Assembly: GCA_964188305.1 (NCBI GenBank) | Contig: OZ076902.1 | Source: Podarcis bocagei | Taxonomy: Eukaryota | Direction: 5' to 3' (one strand) | Length of the DNA stretch: 64,000 nt | Shown: piece by piece, positions 1-10,400 of the stretch | Position numbering within the stretch: the stretch's first letter is position 1 | Layout: each line of letters starts with the position of its first letter | The notes under the pieces: model-generated | The model's input: the letters and a program-made list of their open reading frames with translations, nothing else | Database searches by the model: none | Told to the model about the DNA's origin: nothing | Translations under genes and position numbers: made by a program

Positions 1-81
1 CTGGGTGGCTCCACTGCGTGCGCCGGCTGGGTGTCGGTCTCTCTGGCGCACGCAGGGGCTGGGGGGGCTGGGAGGGGGGGC
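1..81 (-). other. NRXN2: Start of NRXN2 3' UTR
   Basis: Immediately follows the TGA at 84-82; continues out of the window. Confidence 0.85.
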
Positions 82-386
82 TCAGACATAATATTCCTTG
101 TCTTTGTTCTTCTTGCTCTTGCTGGGCGTTTTGGCAGCAGCGGCTGGCTTCTCCTTGACCACCGTGCCGTTGCTCTGGGCCGAGTTACTGATGTAGTTCC
201 GGCTTTGGTCCACCTGGTAGGAGCCTTCGTCCCGGTTGCGGTATTTGTACATGGCGTAGAGGAGGATGAGGATGCAGAGGGCCGCGGCCGCCACGATCCC
301 GACCACCATGCCGGTGGTGCTGCTGGACTCCCGGATGACCTCCACGGCACCGGGGGGCCCCCTCTCCCCGGGGCCGGTGGGGTTAG
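82..386 (-). CDS. NRXN2: NRXN2 terminal exon, short SS5 acceptor (skips 591 nt / 197 aa)
   Basis: Internal acceptor ctgcccacag|CTAAC at 387/386 gives [25 protein letters not shown], the known SS5-minus neurexin junction; in frame. Confidence 0.9.
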
Positions 387-977
387 CTGTGGGCAGATTG
401 TGGAAATTGGGGGAAGAGGTTATACCTGGGTACTTAAGCCTGTTTAGCTTGTCGGGCTCAAAGGAGGTGGAGAGTGGGGGGTACTGTTTTGGCTGGGGGT
501 TGAGGGGCTCCCGGTTGTTCATTTTGCCGGCGGGAATGTTACGGACCAGATTGGGAGAGGTTGTGGAGGTCAGGAGGTCGGGGACGGAGGGTGAAGCCGG
601 CAGTCCTGTCCTAAGGTTGGGGCGGTATCCTTGGGCCTTTTTGGAAGCTCCTTCCGGCCGGCCTATTAGGGTCCTATCCGTGACCAGGGGGAAGGTGGTA
701 TAAAAATCTTCGTCGTCAGTAGGGGGCAGGCTGGAGTCGAAAACCTCGCCCGAGGCATAGCCGGAGGCCTCGATCCCTTCTTCGCAGTCGCTGTCGTCTT
801 GGTCGGCCAGACAGGGGGGCCTTGGATGGGATGGCGGGGAAAGGGTGTCTTTGGTGGTCTCGACTACGGTTAGGAAGGGGCCAAAGGTGGGAGGCGGGGG
901 GATGAATGGAGACCGGGTGGCAATTGGAGGGGTGTCTAGGGAGTCTTCTGTTATTATGGGCAATACTAATTCACCTC
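82..977 (-). CDS. NRXN2: NRXN2 terminal coding exon, long SS5 acceptor: Pro/Thr-rich insert, TM segment, cytoplasmic tail, PDZ ligand
   Basis: Translates (G)[24 protein letters not shown]...[49 protein letters not shown]...[25 protein letters not shown] and KTPSK are NRXN2-type rather than NRXN1/3. Acceptor ctctctgttctag|GA at 978/977, branch CACTAAC at ~1023-1029, phase 1 matches upstream exon. Confidence 0.97.
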
Positions 978-2378
978 CTAGAACAGAGAGAAAAGGGGGA
1001 GAGACAGAAGAGGGGAGAGCGGGTTAGTGACCTCGCAGGCGCCCTTGCCCCCTTGACACAAGACAACTCAAGCCACGAGAGTTATAGCTAGCCAAACCCC
1101 TCCGTCTCCATCCCTGGCCACTAAACTGTCCTCTTTCTTTCCTCCTCTCTCTCTCCTTTGCAACACATTAGTCTAGAGAAATCATAATCAAAGGAAGAAG
1201 GAAAAAAAAAGAATTAAAAAAGTCATTTAATGCGCAAAAAATTAAACAGATAAAACAGCAGAATTAAGAGCAATAAAACCCTCGGCTGTCTGGCTGGCTT
1301 CCCATCCTCTCCTGCTAAAACACTAATATTGCCTTTTCTTGCCTTTTCCTCTTTTCCCTTTCTGTTTGTTTTTAAAAATAAGAGAGCAAACCACGGAATT
1401 CAGTCAACTTACATCAACAAATAGGCCGTGTGATATTAGCATGAAGAAAAAAAATTACAAAAAAGAAAACTAGGTAAGAATGTTTTTTGGAGAAAAAACA
1501 ACTTTTTTTCTTTTCTTTTCTTTAAACATCTTTCTCTGCATCTTGTTTTTTTTAAAAAATGTCTCTTTCTCGCTAGATTCATTTCTGTTCTTTTCTTTCC
1601 ATGACTGCATCATTTCAAATCTTCCCTTCCCCACCCACATCCCCATCCCGAAACAGTCGCCCCTTTGCCCCTTTCTTGGGGTGTCCCAGTTGCCCCCCTC
1701 CCCACAGCAGTACTCAGAACCAATGGTCCATTTTGAATTCACCAGGGAGCCTGAAACTCTAGTTCCTCGGCCCTTTCCAAATTGGGAGTGCAGAGAGGGT
1801 ACCTATTTAGTCATAAATCAAAATGGCTTGTGGTATCAAGCAGAAGGGAGTTTTCTGCCACTGGGATTGGGCAAGAGGGGAGACAAATCGGCGTCCTTCA
1901 AAGCCCCAGGGAAACAAGACCCAGGAATCCTGTCTGCCTGTCCCCTCCCAATCACTGTTTTTACCCTGCTCCCCTCTCAGAACTGATCCCCAACCCTCCT
2001 CTCCCAGGCCTGACTTGAATGAGGACACCACCTGTCTGGAATGCTTGGAAGACAAAAGCACCTCTGATCATGTGCAAAATATGTCAGCTGGGGAGGAGGG
2101 GGAAAGGGTGACAAAAAGATGTGTCAGGTTCCACCCTATCTGAACACCCAGGACCCTGATGTATGGGGAGACGGTTTCTCAGGTGAGCTGGGGGAAAGAG
2201 AAGAGTCCAGGGTTGGGGAGCATTGCCCCTGCACAACTACCGAGTGCCCTAGGCAGGGAAAGGTTGGCAGCATGGATGGAGGGTGTGCAGAAGGAGCTTC
2301 TTCAAAGATGCAGGTAAAAAACACAAAAAACACCCCCACACCCCTGAATGGAATTGTGGGAGATACATGCAGTGTCAA

Positions 2379-2440
<62 letters not shown>

Positions 2441-2441
2441 G
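2379..2441. repeat. (TG)n(AG)n compound microsatellite
   Basis: Seen directly. Confidence 0.95.
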
Positions 2442-4351
2442 GGAGGGGAGCAACTCAGGCAGACATGACCAAGTGTATAGCAGGTAGAGATCTGGTCCCC
2501 CCCACCCCTTTTCATCTGCACACAGGAACACTGCCTTATACTGGCATTGGGGTGGTTATATGCAATTCTGCTTTCAATACTGCTCATGTCTGAGAAAGTT
2601 TTGGAAAAGGCTCACTGCTTCGTTTCCAGGGCCCCTCCTGGATGGACTGTGTTTGTGTGTGTTCTGCAACATCAACACAATAATAGTGCATTAGCAGTGG
2701 ATTCATACAGGACCATCCACACATTGTTCTGCTTTATTAGTTGTTCTGTGATGTTTCCCCAGTGTTTTCGCTTTATTGCTGTCTGGAGGGGGAACCCTGG
2801 TGCTAAAGCTGAACAGCAGCAGCAAAACCCAGAGCATTTTGTGGCACGACTAGTTGCAGGATTTCAGCAGGACAGTTCAAGATGTGCATCCATTGCGAAC
2901 AAAGCAGGAGGACCCAAAATGTTTGCGTTTTGAGTAGGTACAAAGTGCGGAAACAGTTGTGAGAATATGCTGTGAGACGGTTGTGAGAGTATCAAAGCGG
3001 ATTTTATGTGTTTTTGGGAGAAGGAGCTTGTGACTCTGAATCCCAGGTTTGGTCACGTCTAATTTTTAATTCCTCATCTGCAAAATGGGTCTATTAAGGA
3101 GTTCCTTCACATGGTTGCTGGAAGAAGACCAAGGTATGGCAGGCCAGAGGTCAACATGAAAGCGTTGAACAGCAGATTGGTTTCAGGAACCCCCTTTTTT
3201 TTCTTGTGGGTGTGCTATCATGATTTTTCAATGCAATATTTTTCTCTCCACCCTTCCCAACCTCAAATTACTCATATGGAATTCCAATTACGTGGCCATC
3301 CTTTGCATACTTAGCTGAGGCTGAGCCCCACCAAACTCAGTGGGCTTACATGTGAGTAAATGTGCATGAGACTGCACTAACTTAAGGCAGCTTTTCAATA
3401 CAAAAATGAAATACCCCGCCCTGCTTTGGTAAGGAGGGACCTGCTTGGGCTTGGAAGGGGAGAGCAGGGAAACCTGGAAGCTCTTTTGGCAAGCAAGTGA
3501 GCTATTAATTCTATCCTCTTCCTCCTCCTGGCCTACGGTGGTGCCCCCCTGCGCAGGAGAAATGGGAAACTGAGGAGGTGAGCTTGGGATGCCAGGCAGG
3601 TGGGGGGCAGTGGCAATCTGTAGGAAGGGGAGAGTTGCCAAGGACCCCAGAGAGTGAGAGGGGGCAGAGGCTGAGCGAGGAAGAAAGGCAGGCTAAGCTG
3701 GGTGGCTGCGTTAATAGCTGCTGGCGATGGAGAAGCATGTCGGGAAGGGCAGGGATGTGCTCCTGGGAGATAAACCTGGCTATCTAAATGCTAATTCCAC
3801 CAGGAGACAGCAGAGCTGCTCTGGCTGAGGATGGAGGGATGTTCCCAGCCTACCAAAAGGATGCTGTTGCACTACAGGCTGATGAGGCCAACATGGGCTG
3901 GGGAGAAAGAGAGAGAAAAAGGGGCTCCACGCAGTTCTCTGTGCTCACTCACTGGAGGTTTCTCCAGGCAGGAGGCACCCGAGACCCCAAAGGGCACCTG
4001 GTTCAAAGCATGGAGGGCTCATCCCATCATGCCGCCTATTGTAGGATCTATGCTGCCAATGTAAGCACCCCCACCTTTCTGCACCACTAACAATCCAGGC
4101 TGGCAGAGGCCGCAGCTGAAGGGGAGCAGAACTGGAATGAACAAATGAATGGCAGGTCTGCAAAATAAAGCAAAGGAAAATACACGGGAGCCCCACTGGG
4201 AGGGAGGGGCCAGATGAAAGGCATCTCTGGCCCCACAGCTCCTTCCCTTTGCCCTGCTCCAGTGTGAGCCAGAGGCACCTGAGATGCTTCCTGTCAACAG
4301 TATAGCACAATTTCTTGGTGTGATTCTAGATGGAGATGAATAATAAAATTA

Positions 4352-4495
4352 TACCAGTGTAGAGTTGGAAGGGAGGACCCTGAGAATCATCTAGTCCAAC
4401 CCCCTGCAATGCAGGAATATGCAGCTGTCCCATACTGGGATCAAACCTGCAACCTTGGTGTTATCAGCACCATGCTCTAACCAACTGAGCTATCC
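4352..4495 (-). mobile_element. SINE with tRNA-Ile-derived head and CR1-derived tail
   Basis: Minus strand TAGCTCAGTTGGTTAGAGCATGGTGCTGATAACACCAAGGTTGCAGGTTTGATCCC (tRNA-Ile-like A/B boxes) fused to CCTGCATTGCAGGGGGTTGGACTAGATGA...CCTTCCAACTCTAC. Confidence 0.85.
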
Positions 4496-4932
4496 AAGCT
4501 GACACTTTCAAGAGAGAAAACGAAGGCTGATGGCTGGCTATGATGGTCCGCAGAGGGCATCTTATGGAGGATCTGTTCTGGGTTGACAGTGGTGAGGTGG
4601 GCTGTGCCCAGTATGGCACATGGCTTCCTTGCTGATGCCACCCCTCTCACAGGACCTTCTGCCTGGGAAGGCTGGCCTGGGGCCAACACAGCTGTTTTTT
4701 CAGCCCTTTCAGAGGCCTTTTCAGTTGCTTCTTCTTTTAATAGCACTTCTAATCTTGAAATAAAATTGGTTTTATGCACTTTTAATGTCTCATTATGAAC
4801 TGTGCATTTTGTACCCAACTGGGGTAAGCCGTCCTGTAAAATCTTTTACTTGAAGGGTGGGCATAGACACTGTAGTGTAGCCTCGTCTCTGAGTAGGAGC
4901 GGTCCTGTTTAGTGTGCCTGCCTGCCTGCCCA

Positions 4933-5009
4933 TTCCATTCCCTTCTCTTCTCCCCATTTTTAAATTTCCATTTCCATTCCCTTCTCTTCTCCCCATTTTT
5001 AAATTTCCA
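4933..5009. repeat. Tandem duplication, period 39 bp, 2 copies
   Basis: TTCCATTCCCTTCTCTTCTCCCCATTTTTAAATTTCCA at 4933 and 4972. Confidence 0.9.
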
Positions 5010-7284
5010 AGCTCAGTCTTTACTCAGTTGCTCATTGGGTTTTTCCCAGTTTTTATTTGTTTTATTTTCACTTTGGCAAATCTCAGGCCTCTCCCGAAAA
5101 TGCTGATATGCCTCTCTTTTTTCCGGGTGGCCCCAGTTTGGCTCCAATCCTATTGGCACTCACCCACCTGAATTTGTTACTGGAAGAAGGGATAAATATG
5201 CAGAGATGAAGGGATGCCAGGCTGTACATACACCTATTTCTGAGCTCATGCCACCTTTTTCTGGTTACTGGCCTTCCAGAAGGCTAAAGAAACATCTCTA
5301 ATTCCACTGACACAGAAGAGGAGTGTTAGGTACAAAGTAGACATGATGTTAATTGTGTGTCTACTATTAATGTGCACATTAAAAATAACAATTAAATAGC
5401 CACCATGGTGAAGGAGGATGGGAGGTGGTGGTCTAACCTGCCCTTTTAAAATAAGCCCACAAAAGTTACTAGCCTGCATTCCCCCTAGTAGGCCAGAATT
5501 CCATGCTGGCCACAGAGAAGAGAAAGCCCGATTGCAGAAATAGAGATGACTAGATTATTCTATGCACTCGCCTGCGTGAAATTCCTAGTCACCTCTGGCA
5601 AACCAGGTGAGTTGTTAACTACAGAGCTGACCAACACTCCCAGAGCACAGGGAAGAGGGTTGAAGCCTTTCCGCATGGGCACATGCTATGTGACAGCCGC
5701 AAAAGCCTCTTGCAGAGACGCCTCCTCCTTAGGCATAGTTGGGAGAGTCAAGCCATGCACTGTTGCTTTTTTGGGATGCTTGGGTGGAAGGATACCTGCA
5801 AGGGGCAGAGAAGAAGTTGTTTGACTTCATGCCCTGCTCTTGAGCTTCCAAAAATGGGCTGCTGCACAGATGAGCTCTTGCAAGCTTCCAGACCTCCATG
5901 GTTGGGCACAGAGAGAAGATGGTTGGTTTCAAGAGGCCCTTATTCTAACCTAGAACATTTTGCGGGCTCTGTAGTGATTTTCTGGAAAGCTGAGCAGCCC
6001 AAGCTCAGGGAGAGGAGTAAATGGGCAATTTTCAACACGTAGCAATACAAAGGGGGAAAGGTGCTGTGCCCCTCACAAATTGGGGACTTCCCATTTTGTG
6101 AGGGGCTTTTGGTCTGATCCAGCTGCTGACAGAAGCTTCTGATCTTATCTAGTGGGCCACTGAGCTAAGCTCAGTCTTGCCCACCCTGACTGCCAGGACC
6201 TCACCAGGGCTTCAGACAGGACCCTTTCCCACCTGGTAGAAGCCAGGGATTGAACTTGGGGCTGTTTGCATTTAAAGCAGACACTCAGCCCTTAAGCTGT
6301 GATCATTCAACCCAAAAAGAAATTCTGTGGCTTTGAATAAAGGGCTGATTCAAACAGGAATGTAGAAGTTAAGCCCTGAGGTAGTCAGAACTGACTGGGA
6401 CAGGAAGGCAACCTTTGGGTTCCCTCTCAGCTCAGCATCCAAGAGCTATGATTTTTTAAAGTGTTGGAGGCACTGGGTGGCAGAGGCGGCAGCGCTAGTG
6501 GTGGCATCCTGCTGATGGAGGTGCTCCCGACCCAGGGAGGCCCACCTGGCGCTGGTATCAATTCCCCTTTTGACCTTGCTGTTTCAAAATATAGAGGAAT
6601 CTGCCTGTGATTACTTCCTCCCAGGAAGCAGTTCTCTAGGGCTTCAGGCAGGAGCCTGCACAAGTCCTACCTGAAGAAGCTGCCAGGACTGAGGCTGGGA
6701 CCTTCTGCATGCCAAGCAGGGGCTCTTCCCCTGAGCTGTAGCCCTTCCCCAAGTCATCTCATTTTATTGTGTTTTGAAATGTTACAAGCCATCCAAGGAG
6801 TTTTATGGAACAGGATACAGAGACAGAGCCTTGTTGGCTGAAGCACATGAAATCTGGAGGATTCTCCCAAGGGACTTCTGCCTGCTCCCATTGTGGTTTA
6901 GGTTTAGAAAGGCAGCGAGGACCTTGGCGAGTTTTTGTGGAGCCTTAAACCTTCACCTGTTTGTAGGTTTTTGTTGACTTTTAGATACCCAAGTTGCCAA
7001 GCAGTTCTCCCTGATATTGCTGGTATCATTTGGCTGCGGTTGCTGCTGCTGCTTATGAATAATATTTTATCTTGCTTGAAAGCTGCATTAGATATTTTAA
7101 AGAAAGATGGGCATAAATCTCAATAAACCAACAAGCATTTACAGAGCAGCAGAGAGAATCCCTCTTCTTGCTACCAAATGATTAAAATGGGTTACCAGGG
7201 ACAAAAGGACTCATGGGCCCAACTGCCCATTTCAGGAAGGCTTTTCTGCCCTGGCACTTGGCGCTCTGAGAGGGCTGCCTGCTT

Positions 7285-7420
7285 AGCATAAGAACAGAAG
7301 AAGAGCCCTGCAGTAGCAGCATGATCAGGATCAGGCCAAAGGGGCCTGTCTAGTCCAGTATCCTGTTCTCACAACGGCCACCCAGTTGCTTGCAGGAAAT
7401 CTGCAAGCAGGACCTGAGTG
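7285..7420. mobile_element. Squamate LINE 3'-end fragment (L2/CR1 clade), representative copy
   Basis: CATAAGAAC...AGAAGAGCC...GGATCAGGCCAAAGGGGCCTGTCTAGTCCAGTATCCTGTTCTCAC; recurs near 11880-12035, 13550-13710, 15730-15900, 37130-37290, 38960-39260. Confidence 0.6.
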
Positions 7421-10400
7421 CGGCATGTGGTCCTGTCTCTGAGATGGCACCACCATAGTCAACTGTGGCAGTATTTGGACTTGGCCATCAAAAGTGCTAA
7501 AAAGCTGTGGGATGTGTGTGTGTATGGGGGGGGGGCTGCTGGATTTCACACATAGAGTACTCAACTAGGCAGTCCCAAAGCAGTGGCCTTGTCACTTCAG
7601 AAGGCTGCAGGGCTTCACCCAGGCCCTGAGTGGCATTGGCACGAGGGGATGGCCTAGCTGGGAAGAAGAAATGTGCCTCTCTGTGGAAAAGTGGGACATG
7701 TGGAATAGCACCAGCCTCCCCAATCCCGCAGAAGAGGAGGAAGTGGGAGTGGTCTCTGTCCTCCCTTTCCCCTCCGTTCTACCACTGCATCCTCCTCCTC
7801 CATTAATTAAAATCCCCTCCAAATATGCTTTTTAATGAGTGGATTCTATCTTGCTTTGCCGGCTCCTTGGGTGGGACCCCCCCCTCTCCCCAAGCCTTTA
7901 GAAACAGTTGGCACCCGCTCACAAAGGAGCCTGTCTCTGCTTTTGATCATCCAGAAGGGAGGGGAGGAAGCATCAGCAAGGCTCCCATCAAAGAGGAGCC
8001 GTTTTGGGGGGGTGGGGAGACAGGAGGCTGCAGCGGCTGCTCAGCAATTCCCCAGGGAGGGATGGGGGGGGGGAGAGGAGGCTGTGGGTGGGTGGGTGGA
8101 GGGGGGGAGCAGCCTAAAAATGATTATGCTCCTTTGGCTCAGGGGAGAGGAAACTGCAGCAGGATGGGTGCCTTCCTGTTGGCAGAAGACATGCTTGTGC
8201 CAGAGATGGGTGGCCTGGCCCCTTCTGTGGCTCAGACATGCCTGGGAGTTCCACCGTTCCACACCCACGCTACTCCTGTAAGTTGAGCAAAGGCACTCTG
8301 TATGTGTGCGGAGGCACTCTTGACTTTAACATGGCTTTGGGGACTTAGAGACTTGAGGTTAAGGGTCATGGCCTGGATGACTCCCCAAGAGGTGAGTGGA
8401 GGTCACCCTGCCCAGGTAAGGAGAGCAGGTGCAGGACAAGCGAGGCAACCTTTTTCACCTGAGTCTTTTTTCCTGACTAATTACCTACCCTTTAACCAGA
8501 CAGAATTTCTTTGTGTCTTGCTAAAATCTCAATACAGTATACCTGCTAAGGGTGCTGAACAAAGTGTAAGATAATTTATAGTTCAGTAAAGGAAGGAGGC
8601 TGCCGCTGCTTGTTGTTCAAAACGAAAGCAAACTCGCCTTGAAAATGGTCTTCGTATCTCATTGCAGAGATACATGAAATGGACAAAATGGCCTCAGAAA
8701 ATTAAAACTGTCCAGGACTCCAATCTCAGCCCCACCATTGAAACATTTGTCGCTATGGGCCCAAATCTGCCCCTCCACCAGCCCCAGCTGACAAGATGGC
8801 TTAGAGGCTGTCATGTGCAGGATACTGGCATGAGGTTCACCACCCACAGATGGTCTGGGGGTGGACAGGCAGCCACCCCAGGAGATAAGCAAGCACCAGG
8901 GAGGTCATTCTGCACCCAGGAGTGCAAGCTCCTTGAGGGCTGCCCTTCATGGGGGCCTAAGCCCAGAGGGAGAACGTGAAGGCAGGTGGTGGGGGTCATG
9001 AGGATGCAGGGCTGGGCTGAACTGGGGCCTGCTGCTCTCCCAGGGCTACTCGGAGGGCCTGTGGGTCTGTGGAAGAGGTTCAACTTTGCAAGGGAAGGTC
9101 CCAGGCTCAATCTCTGACTTCTCCAGGCACTGCTGAAAAAGACTCTGGTTTCAATGGTTTCACTGGTATCCCTAGGAAGTCTCTTTCCCAGGAGTCATAA
9201 AAACCTGAACCCTAACCATAAGCCTGCCCTCTACAGGAGGCAGTGAGTGGCCTATGTCTTCCTAGTTTTTATGTTTCCCTAAACTGTGTAAATGCGACTT
9301 ATCTGAGGAAGTTAATTTCTGGTATAGAGAGCTGAGCTGTTTGCCAAATGGACTGCTTCCAATGAAACTGTCAGTTTAGGAGGGGAGGGGGGGAAGGCCC
9401 TGCTAATCAATGAGTTATTTTGAATTAAGCTTTTGCTGGTTAATCAACTGACCTTAAGATATGTGACCTAATTATAATGGGTGGGGAACTGATTCCTGGG
9501 TAGGAAGGAACATCTGTCCATTCATCTTCAGAAAATTTTGGGTCTGGTGTGTGTGTGGGAAACCACCCACAGAACTGGCAAGCTTAGGGGTGTGTTTTAT
9601 TCTCAGAAGCATTCATGCCATATTCCTGTTGCTGAGGCTACTCTGAAGCCAACTGTCCTCTCCTCAAGGCTCCAGTGCCATCTTGGGTGGAGAAGTTCCC
9701 ACTGGGAAGACGGGAGAGCCCTACTGCCCAGCTTCCCTTAAGCAAGGGCAGGCCTGTATTCTGCGTCACGAGATGCCCTTGGAGCGAGTGACTCTGGCTA
9801 CCTCCCTTTTGTGCTACAAAGCCTGTTCCCCAGGCTTCCCTTTTAGGTGGGCCAGTCTGTGCTGGGCACATCCTCTGTCTGGCACATCAATGGTCAGAAG
9901 AAGGGAGAAATCTGGACAAAACTGGCCGAGGCAAGCATGGCTAGATCAGCGCTGAGCTCAAGACTACCAGAGAACCAAAGGGAGCAGCCACAACAGAAGT
10001 AAAGCGATTAATTTTGAGTGGGTCTTTGGCTGTGGAAGGTAATCAAGTAGTCGCATATGGGAAGGGGCTACCTCCCATTGCATGTGACCCATGGGCTGCC
10101 CACATGAACTCTAGAGCTGGTGAGCAAGTTGGGTCAACAGGGGTGCTACACTGGGGCTAGGGGTAGCCAGATAAGGGGCCCACAAGTGGGGACAGGGTTG
10201 CCCTGTGGGTTAGACCCCAACAGCAAGTGTGGCAGGTGTTGCTTGCAGGTGCTCATGCTCATTTGAGCAAAAGGCGCATGCCACCACTGGTGAAACAAGG
10301 CAGCAAAAAAGCTCTGAGTGACACAGGCAGCTGCCCTCCCCCCCGAGCCACTGTCTACATAGAGTGTTCCTCAAAGCTAACCAGGACAGGGCTGGCTCAT

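Noticed and set aside
670-690. NRXN3-like middle SS5 acceptor at VT|D
   Set aside because: The codon is ACG-GAT, with no AG in the needed phase; the nearby AG is out of frame.
31-703. Plus-strand ORFs 31-447 and 266-703
   Set aside because: Antisense shadows of the GC-rich NRXN2 coding exon.
4425-4495. Functional tRNA-Ile gene
   Set aside because: Acceptor stem and B box are degraded and it is fused to a CR1 tail, so it is a SINE head.
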